From Octopus vulgaris (Eukaryota), in assembly GCA_951406725.2 (NCBI GenBank), contig OX597828.1, positions 37,882,001-37,946,000 of the forward strand: a DNA stretch of 64,000 nt, in the 5' to 3' direction. The notes beneath the pieces were generated by a model that was given only the letters and a program-made list of their open reading frames with translations, did not search any database and was not told the DNA's origin. This document shows, one piece after another, positions 27,288 to 39,124 of the stretch (the first letter of the stretch is position 1; every line of letters starts with the position of its first letter). The translations under genes and the position numbers were made by a program.

Positions 27288-28739
27288 CATGTATACTTAT
27301 ATATATTATATTTTTATACATACATATAATTTTGTTATATATGAATACATGCTTACATACTCGTGTAAACACGCACAAACACACATGTATGTATGTATGA
27401 ATGTATGTATGTATGAATGTATGTATGCATTTGCGTACGTATGTATGTATGGCTAGAATATAATATATATCTCGTTAAAATGCAGTCTCAGTATAGCAAG
27501 AACTGTTACCTTCTGCTGTCAACGTTTCAGGAACGCTAAAGTACAGAACTTCTTATCTATTGAGGTACATTTTATGAACTACACAACGTTCACGAAATTT
27601 GTTTTAGTGCCTCTATAAAAAAAATCAATATTTATATATTGATATTATTTATTAAATAAAATAATGTCTTGTTTGAAGTCTTTCAGTACTGATTGAAGAG
27701 AAAGTTTTACTTCGATTTTACGGCAGTAATAAAATACATTGTGTACACACATATGAAAAATAGAAAACATAAATCATAATACGACTGTTATTCTATTAGA
27801 TTGATAGTCTTGTTCTCTTTATTTATCTAATAGCCGTTTTATTGTGGTCAAAGGTGAAACGATAAAAAGTGTCAAAAGTCAAACTAGAAAACTAACATAA
27901 ATCGTATGTTATACAAAAGAGATCCGACATAAATTTGGCACGTGGCTTTTTGCCTTTCGTTTTCGTTCGTAGATTTCTTCTAATATAAAACCTGATGCAT
28001 TGCGTTGAACCAATTCCATTTTGTTCATTAAACACAGCTTTCAACTGTGTATTTCCATTAAGAAGATGACAAGTCAGCTGTCGGGTGCATCCTTTCATTT
28101 CCTGATAACCCTGAATGTCTCGCAAACTCGATCTCGATGCTCTCTCTGCTCTGTAGTCTGTAGTCATTATATCTGAAAGGTGTATGGGAGGGATGGGTGC
28201 CGCTGTAGTGTAATTAATAGAAACTTCAGATCAATTTTTTTTATTCTTTTTCTTTGTTTTTCCTTTACCTTTTATTTTTTATAGTTGAAATCTTTCCAAA
28301 CTACTCTCTGATTGCTACTAAATAACTGATTCCTCAAAAGCATAGCCAACTGATATGATGTAATTCCAAACTTCATTATATATATGTATATACATGTGTG
28401 TGTGTGTGTGTATGTGTATGTGTGTGTACATACATGCATATATATGCATACATGCATACATAACTGTCTGTGTGCTTGTGTGTGATTAGAGTACTTCTTG
28501 CTCTCTAGAAATCTCAAAACTTTATATAAGTTTGCACAACTAAGTACAGAACACTCGCTCAAATGTTCAATAACCTGAAATGATTACAACAGAAAATTTG
28601 TTGATGAAAAGCTTATATATATATATATATATATATATACGAATATGGAGTGTGAAACAATTGATTATTTACACAGATGCAAGCACGCTTACATGCATCA
28701 ACGAACACTGACATGTGTAAATGTGGTTGTGTCTTTTTT

Positions 28740-28915
28740 TACCGCTAAATCCACATTTTTTTAAAAATTCCCTCTGTTTATTTTCTCTTACTCCTTTCTG
28801 TTGAAGAGCCTAGGGCCCAATCGGAAAAAGACCTCCTCACATTCCCCAGCGTCAAACTAGTATACCAGCTTGTTTTTCATACACCCGTCTTCGTCTTTTT
28901 TCCTGTAAATTTCAA

Positions 28916-28918
<3 letters not shown>
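28740..28918 (+). mobile_element. Short (TA)n-terminated repeat family D with HHR-like motif
   Basis: CTTTCTGTTGAAGAGC.TAGG... through GTAAATTTCAAC, then (TA)n. Homologous to 41935-42092, 43820-43977 and 48006-48190(-). Confidence 0.7.
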
Positions 28919-28973
<55 letters not shown>

Positions 28974-29039
28974 TATATATATGCATATATACATACATAT
29001 ATGTACATACCTACATATATATGTATATATGCAGACATA

Positions 29040-29395
29040 TATGGGTAAAGGACATAAAAAAACGTTGAACACAATGAGAAACAAAAACATAGAAACGTAC
29101 TTTTTTAAACAACGAAAAAACAGAGAAACAAAACATACAACACACGGAATATTCCCCTTCTTCAATTGTCCACGGTTCATCTACTCCGCGTTTCGAAGGT
29201 AAGGACAAGACGCAACTCCGTTGAAACAGTCCTTCCCGCAAAGAAAATTAAATAGAATTTGGGATTTTTGCGGATGGGTGAATGTGGTAACGAAAACAGG
29301 ACAGTGAGAACAAGACAGTAAAAACAATAAAAAAGTAAAAGCAGTAAAAGACAGAACAATGAGGACAAAACAGTAAAAATAAACAATGAAGGCTG
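29040..29395 (-). mobile_element. Repeat family E, copy 1 (carries rearranged HHR-like motif)
   Basis: Shares AAATCCCAAATT, CGAAA..GGAGTAGA, G.CAA.TGA.GAA and the terminal GTCCT.TACCCAT.TATG with the copy at about 45840-46490(+). Confidence 0.7.
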
Positions 29396-29676
29396 TTAAG
29401 CCAAGACGATGGAAATATTATTCTGAAAGTTTAAGGAGACAGCTTATGAAGAGACAGGTAAGTTGGTTTGGTCTTGGTGAAGATAGTAGTCGGAAAGATG
29501 GCTACTCTCTGATCACGTGTCAAGAAGGAAGAAGAAGAAGAAGAAGAAGAAGAAGAAGAAGAAGAAGAAGAAGAAGAAGAAGAAGAAGAAGAAGAAGAAG
29601 AAGAAAAAGAAGAAGAAGAAGGAGGAGAAGAAGAAGAGATGATGATGATGATCATGATGATGATCATCATCATCAT

Positions 29677-30910
29677 GACACTTGGTGTCCCCTTAGCTAT
29701 TTGTCATCAAGTTTAGTTGCTCATGTAATAGCTGCGAAGGAAGTTGATGAGGGCCGAATTTATGCCTTTAAACTTATCGATGAAGGCCCATGGGATTTTG
29801 TGCTTGCTTTGCAGCAGATCCTGAAGCTGCCAAGCATTTGCAAAATTATTGTCCTTCTATCAGGGACTGTTAAGCATTATACGGAAAAAGAGTCAACGAA
29901 GACGAAGGGAACATTGTGTTCTTACTGAAGGCCAGCCTGAGATAAGCTCTTAAGGTGCCGCTAGAAGACAATAGAAGGTATTTTCTAGTAAACGTTTCCT
30001 ATTTCTAAAACAAAGAGATTCAAATTCATTTTACGATCTCCATTTGATCAAGTCTGAAGTTTGAGGCAATTACAGGGATAAATGCTTTATACCTGTATTG
30101 GTGGACAACAAAAGCTGGTCCAATATCCTGGTATGAAAATTAGTACATTGATTAAATTTATAAGTTAGCCCTCATTGATAAGCTCTGAGATATAATTGGC
30201 CCAAAACTCTAACAATTCGGTCTCCATCAACTGAACTGCGTTCCATTATTGAAAAAAGTTACATTAAGTATAGAAACATTTATAGCGTATGTCAATAACA
30301 ACGAACCTAAACTTACTGCACGCCTGTGTATTTTGCGCTAATTTTTGACAGATTGGCATCAAAAACCTTGGATAATTTCCTTCCATATTGTTGATGGTAG
30401 GATTGGAAAAATATTCCTGATCAATATGTTGTTTGCTAAATTTTGCAGCAGATAGGTTCATACATTGAAGTTGTTTCTTCGGGTATTATCGCCTCATTTC
30501 TTTTTGAGAAACGCTCTGCGCAGTCACCTTTCAAGTTTATTTAGATCTTGGCACAAACGATGCATTTGTTTGCAACATTGCCAAAAATTTGAGAAGCAGA
30601 CAATTTCTTCCAAATGAATGTTTAGGATGACTGTACTTATCACACACAATCAAGATCAGGAGGATAGCTGTAAAGGTCCCGTGAGCAAAAGATTTCGAAT
30701 GAAACTGTTGGCAATGATTTTGTCCCAAACAGATTAAAACCCCGTGAAATCCTTGCTTGCCTCAAATTTTCATGGGTTTATACCAAAGTTTAATTATTCA
30801 AATTTTAGATTCAATATTTTGGTGATAGCTCTCGGATCATATTTTTAATCAATTGTTTGAAAGCGCGTGATTGAAGATTTTCTTTCAAGATTAATTGTGC
30901 CATGAACTCA
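29677..30910 (-). pseudogene. Old CR1/L2-group LINE, RT 3' portion, heavily degenerate
   Basis: Minus-strand remnants FTRK...SGWPSVRTQCSLRLR*LFFRIMLN resemble the LxWxSLxxRRxxxRLxxFYKI C-terminal motif. Ends in an (ATG)n tail. Confidence 0.45.
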
Positions 30911-31796
30911 TATCCTAGTTGGACAGTTATAACAGTAGTAGTAGTAGTAGTAGTAGTAGTATAGTTATTTTTTGCGTCATTTTATCCCAGCTGAGCCTGA
31001 TTAAGAACCATGGTAGAAGATATTTCTAACATCCTATGTGTTTTATATTATCTGCTACATTATCCAATACACTTCCAGTTTTAAAGATGACAATATGTGA
31101 ATCGAGGGTATTTCTTTGCTACTTCAGTCTGCGATCATTATTAGTACTTTTATTATACTATTAGGCTAAATTAGTGTGGTAGTAGGCTAAATATTTTCGG
31201 TTATTTAGTTATATCGAATTACGAACTTGTTTCAACTCAGGCCAAGATCATCTTTGATTTTTTGTCATTTAAAAAACAAGTTGCATCGTTAAACGGATAA
31301 GAAACAAGTTTTCATCTTGATAGAAATGCTGGTCTACTGTCGAAGCATAAATTGAATTCTGCATCGCAATCTAACGAATCGCTTGCCCAAATTAAATTTG
31401 CTGTCGTTAATCCCAAGTGGCAAGCTGTACTTCGTATGTTGTATACGTTTACTGAAGGGCGGCTTGATTTATATGGAAGGCAAGTTTCCTCAGCATTGAC
31501 ATATTGTAGTACCGAAATTTGATACGAATTTTTGATAATTCTGTGACACTCTGATTAAACCGCCCAGTGGAAACAAACCCCTAAACGGATAACCATAGAT
31601 TTCAGCTCGTTTCAAGACAATATGGAGGTCAAGATTTTGTAGCTTCCTTGCAAACACTGTAGACATTTATAGTGTAGGTATTTCCTTTACCAGCCAAATC
31701 TGTCAAACGTTTTTGTCGAGAAAATTGACCAGAAACTAATTCTAAATGAATGCTCTCCATGTATGGTAAAAAAAAAGTATGGTAAAAAAGTATTTG

Positions 31797-32097
31797 TGGA
31801 GGCACATGGCCTAGTGGTAAGAGCAGCGGCCCCGCGGTCGGGGGATCGCGGGTTCGAATCCCAGACCGGGCGACGTGTGTGTTTATGAGCGAAACATCTA
31901 AGCTCCACGCTGCTCCGGCAGAAGGTAATGGCGAACTTCTGCTGACTCTTTCGCCACAACTTTCTCTCATTCTTTCCTCCTGCAGCTCACCTGCGACAGA
32001 CCGGCGTCCCGTCCAGGTGGGGAACCTATACGCCAAGGAAACTGTGAAACCGGCTCTAATGAGTCAGGTGTGGATCTAGAAGGAATAAACAACAACA
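31797..32097 (+). mobile_element. SINE family C (head 1 + tail Y), full length
   Basis: TGGAGGCACATGGCCTAGTGGTAAGAGCAGCGG...GGGTTCGAATCCC with clear A and B boxes. (AAC)n tail. Flanked by AAAAAAGTAT on both sides. Confidence 0.85.
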
Positions 32098-32231
32098 AAA
32101 AAAGTATATACACTTTTTCACTTATCTATCTCTTAATAGTTTCTTAGAGAAATAGCTGTGTACCTAATAATGTTTGCAAACAAGCTTTTATTTCTCTTTC
32201 TCTCAGTAATTTCTTTTCTGCCTCTCTCTGT

Positions 32232-32292
<61 letters not shown>

Positions 32293-32339
32293 TTTCGTAT
32301 ATGTACGTGCATTTATAGCTATATAAATATATACATATG

Positions 32340-32380
<41 letters not shown>

Positions 32381-32633
32381 CTGAAAGGCTTTTAAACTAA
32401 CTGAAAAATCCAGCCATAAAACATTTGATTTGATTTTTCTCAAACAAAAAAAAAAATTTGACCGAGATCAAAAAGTTAACAGAAGAAATGACAGATGGTT
32501 ATGTGAGGAATAATTTTCTGCAACTGTCATGGATTTAGTGGTTGTCAGTAATTAAGGACACGTGATGCCTCTTTACTTCATTCCGCAACGCATTACACTT
32601 AACTCTGCCACCTACATTGAGGTCCTGGAAAGA
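32381..32633 (+). pseudogene. maT/DD37D-like Tc1-mariner transposase catalytic fragment
   Basis: LKNP..LI*FFSNKKKFDRDQKVNRRNDRWLC..SATVMDLVVVSN*GHVMPLYFIPQRITLNSATYIEVLE, i.e. degenerate FSDEKxF and VMVxxxVSxxGxxMPxxF motifs. Confidence 0.75.
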
Positions 32634-33839
32634 ATATACTTTAATACAGAGTCACTCCTCTCCGTATATCCGGTCTAAGACCGCCTATCATCCCCATAAG
32701 CTTTTATTTATCTCTCTCTATTCGATCCTCTTTAAGATTTTTGTCATGCTCTTTCGTTCCAAATTCACCTCTCCCTGCTATGTCCAATCTATTATTGCTG
32801 TCTTCCTTAGAACTGTCTCTCTCAATCCTTCTACCAATCTAAGATCTGTATTATTCTTTCTTCCTAGAGATGTCCTTTTCTACCCTAAAATTTCTACAAT
32901 ACCTCTAGAGCCAAATCCACTACTTTCGTTCCTAAGATGCCTGATAGAAGCAAACCACAATAACCTACAATCACAATTACTTCCAAACCAAAACTGCTTG
33001 CTGTACCTTTGAATCCTGAACGACCTCACCACGCAAGGTAATAACCAAGTACATTACAAATCCGTAAAGAAAAAAGCAATAAATAACGAGAATAACCCAA
33101 TAAAATTAGATAAATTAACTCCTTTGCAAAACAAACTTTCGTCTGAAGAACAATTGTACGAGTCACAAAACAAATAATCAAATATACTCTAATTCAATTG
33201 AGAATTCGTTTTTCTCCATTGAAAATACAAAATAAGATAAAACTAATAGGATTTTTTTTCTGTATTTGAAGCACGGAAAATATTTTAAGGTCAGTATTTG
33301 TTGACTGGTTAATCTTTACTAACCTCAATTCAGAATTGTCATAATTTGTGAAATAAAACATTTACTTCGTTTAATTTGTTTTTTATTATTTAGTATTTTT
33401 TGTTTTGCTTTGTTTTTTTTTTTCGAGTGTGTGCGAGTGATTTCTTTTTGTTTTGTTTTTTTTACAATTGAAAAATCTACACACAAAAAAAAATAAACAA
33501 ACAAATAAAGAAAGAAAATGTATTTCTAATGAAAATAATGCGACAAAAGTACGTGACTGCAGGCGAATAATATCTTCTTGTAATGAAATTAGTCCCAATT
33601 ATTGCATTCTTCCTGCTGCTAATGATGATGAGGATGATAATGATGTATGTGTTGTTGATTATTGACAAGGTGGTAGGGAGGAAAGAAAGAGAGAAAGAAG
33701 GGACAAAGAAAGAAAGAGTGAACGAAGGAAAGCGAAAATGGCGTGACATCTTGCAGATCTTACGACGAAAGTCATCTGAACTGCCTGATCTGATCTGAGA
33801 AGAAGAAAAAAATCAATAGAGGAGTCGTATGACAATCCT

Positions 33840-34460
<621 letters not shown>

Positions 34461-34741
34461 AGCAACATTCTTCCCATACATAAGGACCATATGGTGAGCT
34501 TTGATGGTGTTTTATCTTTTATTTCTTGCAAGTGGAGTCGGACTTTCGTTGATTCGTAATAGCAACTGTGATAGAAACGGCAATATCAGTAACAGCGGCA
34601 CTAACAGCAAAAAATATGGTTTTAAATTTTGGTACAAACCTAGAAAGATTAGAGAAGGAATGAATAAATGACGTAGGCCCCAGTGCTCAAATGGTATTTG
34701 CTTCAACGGCCGTGAAAGGACAAAAAGCAAAGTCGATCCTA

Positions 34742-36150
34742 TCAGAATAGATGAAGAAAGTCACACAGAAATTGACCCAAATGAACTAGATGATCTAAAA
34801 AATCAAATCATGATTGAATGGGTGAAAATTAAATAAACCAGTATAAATGACCGTGATACTCTCCCAAAAATTCGCAATTCTAACCAAAACCTGAAAATAA
34901 TTGGTAAAATCCGCCTTACACTTAAGGATATAATTTCAGCTAATGACGTTAATATTACAGATCTCAACCGCCTGTACTATGCATCCGCGAAAATCTCAAC
35001 GATTCTATGTGGTGAAAAGATTAGAAAACGGCAACAATCCCACAAAAAGCTTTCTTGGCAAAAGCGTATTCAACACCAAATTAAGCTACTTTGGTCTGAC
35101 ATAGAATGTTTGAAAAACCTTAAGTTTAACACGACTATCAAACCGACAAAATCCCGAAAATTAAAGAAAAATATATGAAAATCATATTTGACATTGATAC
35201 CACCATAGAAACCATCAGGACAAAAGTATGTGCTAAAGAAGCCCGCTTAGCAAGGTGTGAAAAGCGCATTAGATTCTTCAAGGACAACAACATGTTCAAA
35301 ACTAGCCCCAAAACGTTTTACAGGAAGATAGGGAAAACACCAGTTACAGTAAAGTCTGTCCCATCAAAAGAAGTGCAGGAATTTTGGAATAAAATTGGGG
35401 CAGAAGAAAAAACACACAATGAAAAGTCCCCTTGGATTGACAGAATATCTACAGATTTGGACTCCTTAGAGGAGCAAAAGTAGGAAGGTGTCAAGGTAGA
35501 ATATATAAGATCTACTCTCAAGAGGGCAAGACAATGTGGTTGAATACCTTCCCAGAGAGCCATGAACTACAAACAAAACTTTACAACGATGTTTTGCAAC
35601 ATCCTAGTATGCCCTTCTTGACTAGTTAATGGATTAACATTCCCACTTCCAAAAAAGAAAGAAACAAATGAACCAAAAAATTATCGACCCGTAACCTGGT
35701 TAACAACAATATATAAAACGCTAACATCTGTCCTGACTGAATATACCTATAGTTTTTTTAATAGGAAGTAATATATTCCCTACTGAGCAAGAAGGATGTA
35801 AACGTGGATATTATGGTTGTAAAGATCAGCTACTCATCAATAAGATGATCTTAGAAGATTGTCACAAACGACACAAAAACTTATCAATAGTCTGGACAGA
35901 CTATAAAAATGCTTTTGATAGCCTACCACATAGCTGGATTAAGAAATCTCTGGAAATGTATAAAATAGCTCCCACTCTGCGAAACATTTTGTCTGTAAGT
36001 ATGAGATCATGGAGAACCACACTGACTTTGAACAGTGACAATGAATCTCTAAATGCTGGAGATGTAAGAATTTCATGTGGCATTTTCCAGGGTGACTCAC
36101 TATCACCACTCCTCTTTTGTCTAGCCTTAATACCTCTCTCATAATAGCCA
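34742..36150 (+). pseudogene. R4/Dong-clade non-LTR retrotransposon RT fragment
   Basis: RIRFFKDNNMFKTSPKTFYR...PKNYRPVT.LTTIYKTLT...EQEGCKRG..GCKDQLLINKMILED...WTDYKNAFDSLPHSWI...GIFQGDSLSPLLFCLALIPLS. Contains stops and frameshifts and is truncated before the YxDD motif. Confidence 0.85.
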
Positions 36151-36185
36151 AACAAACAAGCTCGTACAACTCAGAGACAAAATAC

Positions 36186-36382
36186 TTATTTCTTTATTAC
36201 CCACAAGGGGCTAAACATAGAGGGGACAAACAAGGACAGACAAACGGAGTAAGTCGATTACATCGACCCCAGTGCGTAACTGGTACTTAATTTATCGACC
36301 CCGAAAGGATAAAAGGCAATTTGAACTCAGAACGTAACGGCATTTCGCCCGGCGTGCTAACGTTTCTGCCAGCTCGCCGCCT
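36186..36382 (-). mobile_element. SINE family B with internal deletions
   Basis: Reverse complement of 23306-23535; tail ...AGCCCCTTGTGGGTAATAAAGAAATAA. Confidence 0.85.
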
Positions 36383-36913
36383 TGAAATTACTAAATATTA
36401 AATAATAACAACAACAAGAATGGTCAATTCCGTCGATTTGCCTTGTGAGTGTTTGAAGGAGACGATTTAAAGTTGTTTTTTTTAAAAAAAAGAGAAATTA
36501 ACTTTTAAGTAAAGAACAAAAGAAACTGCATGTATTTACGATGGATACGTGAACATATTTTGAGTCCAGATAAGGATTTGATTATGAAATCTCAATGGCG
36601 AACTGGTGATTTTGATTTTGCCTTGGATTGGTCAAATGTGAGTGCTGACTGCTGGATATAATTCTTTTATTTATTGCTTTTTAATATTATTATTTGTAAT
36701 AATGGCTTCAAATTTTTCCACAAGGGCAACAATGTTTGGGGGCAGGAGATGAGTGAATTACATCGACTCTAGTGTACAACTGGTACTTATTTCAACGAGT
36801 CCGAAGTCACCCTTGGCGGGATTTGAACTCAGAAAGTGAAAATGGACGATATACCGCTAAGCATTTCACTATCGCAAAGGCCTCAGTATCATATTTATTT
36901 CAATGGCTATTAT

Positions 36914-36964
<51 letters not shown>

Positions 36965-36974
36965 TCTATTCTTA

Positions 36975-37340
36975 TGGAGTGGTGGTTAGGGCAGAGAACT
37001 CACGGTCATAAGATCGCGGTTTCGATTCCCAGACGGGCGTTGTGAGCGTTTATTGAGCGAAACACGTAAAGCTCCACGTGGCCCGCAGGGGATGGTGGCA
37101 GACCCTGCTGTACTCTTTCATCACAACTTTCTCACACAGTTTCTTCCTATTTCTGTTGTACATGTATTTCAAAGCGCCAGCCTTGTCACACTGTGTCACG
37201 TTGAATCTCCCCGAGAACTACCTTATGGATACACGTGTTCTTGAGTGCTCAACCACTTACACGTTAATTTCAAGAGCAGGCTGTTCCGTTAATCTGATCA
37301 AATGGAACCCTCGTCGTCCTAACCGACGGAGTGCCACGAC
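36975..37340 (+). mobile_element. SINE family C (head 1 + tail X)
   Basis: Colinear with 2870-3225. Confidence 0.85.
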
Positions 37341-37977
37341 TGCATTTTTGCAAACTATGGTATCAGGGTCCTATTATCTGTAACCTAGTGAGTACACTAG
37401 AATCGAAGAGAATCATATGGTACTATATTACAAAGCATGTCTCGAACGTAATAACCTAAATACCATGACATGCGCAAGGTGACTGCTCTATTTTTTCCTT
37501 GACATATACATAATAGACAGCAACGTGTGGTCTTGCTTTACACATGACCAGCAATAGCGCTGCATATTGCATTGTCATGTTTGCTGTTGGTACAGACTGC
37601 CGAAACAGAGTCAAACTGATAAAACATTGAATATAAGAGAGAGAGAAAGAAAGGATAGATAGACACAGTTAGAGAGAGATGCAGACGAACAGACAGATAG
37701 GCAGGCGAACAGCATGTTGTATAGACTTTAATTAGCAGGATAGAAAATCTCGCTTTCTTTTTGCTGATTCGACAGAGCAAGTTTAGACAGTAATTGAGCG
37801 AGAGCTAACTTAATTAACACAGAGAGAGATAAATTGTTTAATTATATCAAGATTAATGGAGAAGCATACGCTGAATGATTAATTTTTAACCGAAACTGGC
37901 CAATACAAAAACAGCGAAATCTTTGTAAGTTCAATAGGTTAAAATTGAATTTAATTATGCAGTAAGGATACGAAATA

Positions 37978-38114
37978 CTAGGGCAATTGTCTTCTACTCA
38001 TGCTATCCCCAAGCCTTATGAATGGATTTGGCAGGCGGAAACTGAAAGAAGCCCGTCATATATATGTATGTATGTATGTATGCATGTATGTATGTATGTA
38101 TGTATGTATGTATG

Positions 38115-38161
<47 letters not shown>

Positions 38162-38378
38162 ATGTGTTTATCTTGTGTCTGTATTTCTCCGGAGCCCTCA
38201 CCGCTCGACAGCCGGCGATGGTGTGTTAACGTTCCATTAGCCTAGCGAATGACCAATGGAATAAGTACCATGCTTGAAAATATATATACAAATATTGAGA
38301 TAGATTCGCTCAAATAAAATTTTTGAAGGTGGTGCCCCAGCATGGACAAAGTATAATGATTGAAACAATTGAAAGAAA

Positions 38379-38463
<85 letters not shown>

Positions 38464-38795
38464 CGTAGGAGTGGCTGTGTGGTAAGAAGATTGGTTCCCA
38501 ACCACATTATTCCGGGTTCAGTCCCACTGCGTGGCACCTTGGGCACGTTTCTTCAACTATAACCTCTAGCCAACCAACGCCTTGTGAGTGGATTTAGTAG
38601 ACGGAAATTGAAAGAAGCCCGTCGTGTGTGTATGTGCGCATTTACGTCCCCGTTATCTAGCAGTTCGGCAAACGATACCGGCAGAATAAGTACTAACCTT
38701 ACAAAGAATATTTCCTGGTGTCGATTTGCTCGACTAAAGGCGGTACTCCAGCATGACCGCAGTCAAATGACTAAAACAAGTAAAAGAATAAAATA
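37978..38795 (+). mobile_element. Two tandem family A SINEs separated by (TA)n
   Basis: 37978-38360 is headless. 38461-38795 is complete, with head AGGCGTAGGAGTGGCTGTGTGGTAAG. Confidence 0.85.
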
Positions 38796-39124
38796 ATAAA
38801 TACACACACACACACATATATTCTTTATAGAATACAAGATAAGTGAGTTTATGAAGTGGTCAGCGCAAAATGAAAAACGCATAGGTAGTTTTTATATACT
38901 GTATCTATAATTATATACATAATGTATATAATTAAGATATATATATATATATATATGTGTGTGTATGTGTGTGTGTGTGTATGTGTGTGTCTGTGTGTGT
39001 TATTCGACACATACACACACGCTCACGCCATTCTTCCCCCCCACACACATGTATATTATATATATGTAATGTACTGTTGTATGATGGCAATAATATTTAT
39101 CTTTCACTCCATCTGGAGAGAAAT

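Noticed and set aside
31797-31870. tRNA gene
   Set aside because: A and B boxes are present, but the sequence continues into a SINE body with tail and TSD, and there is no complete cloverleaf or terminator.
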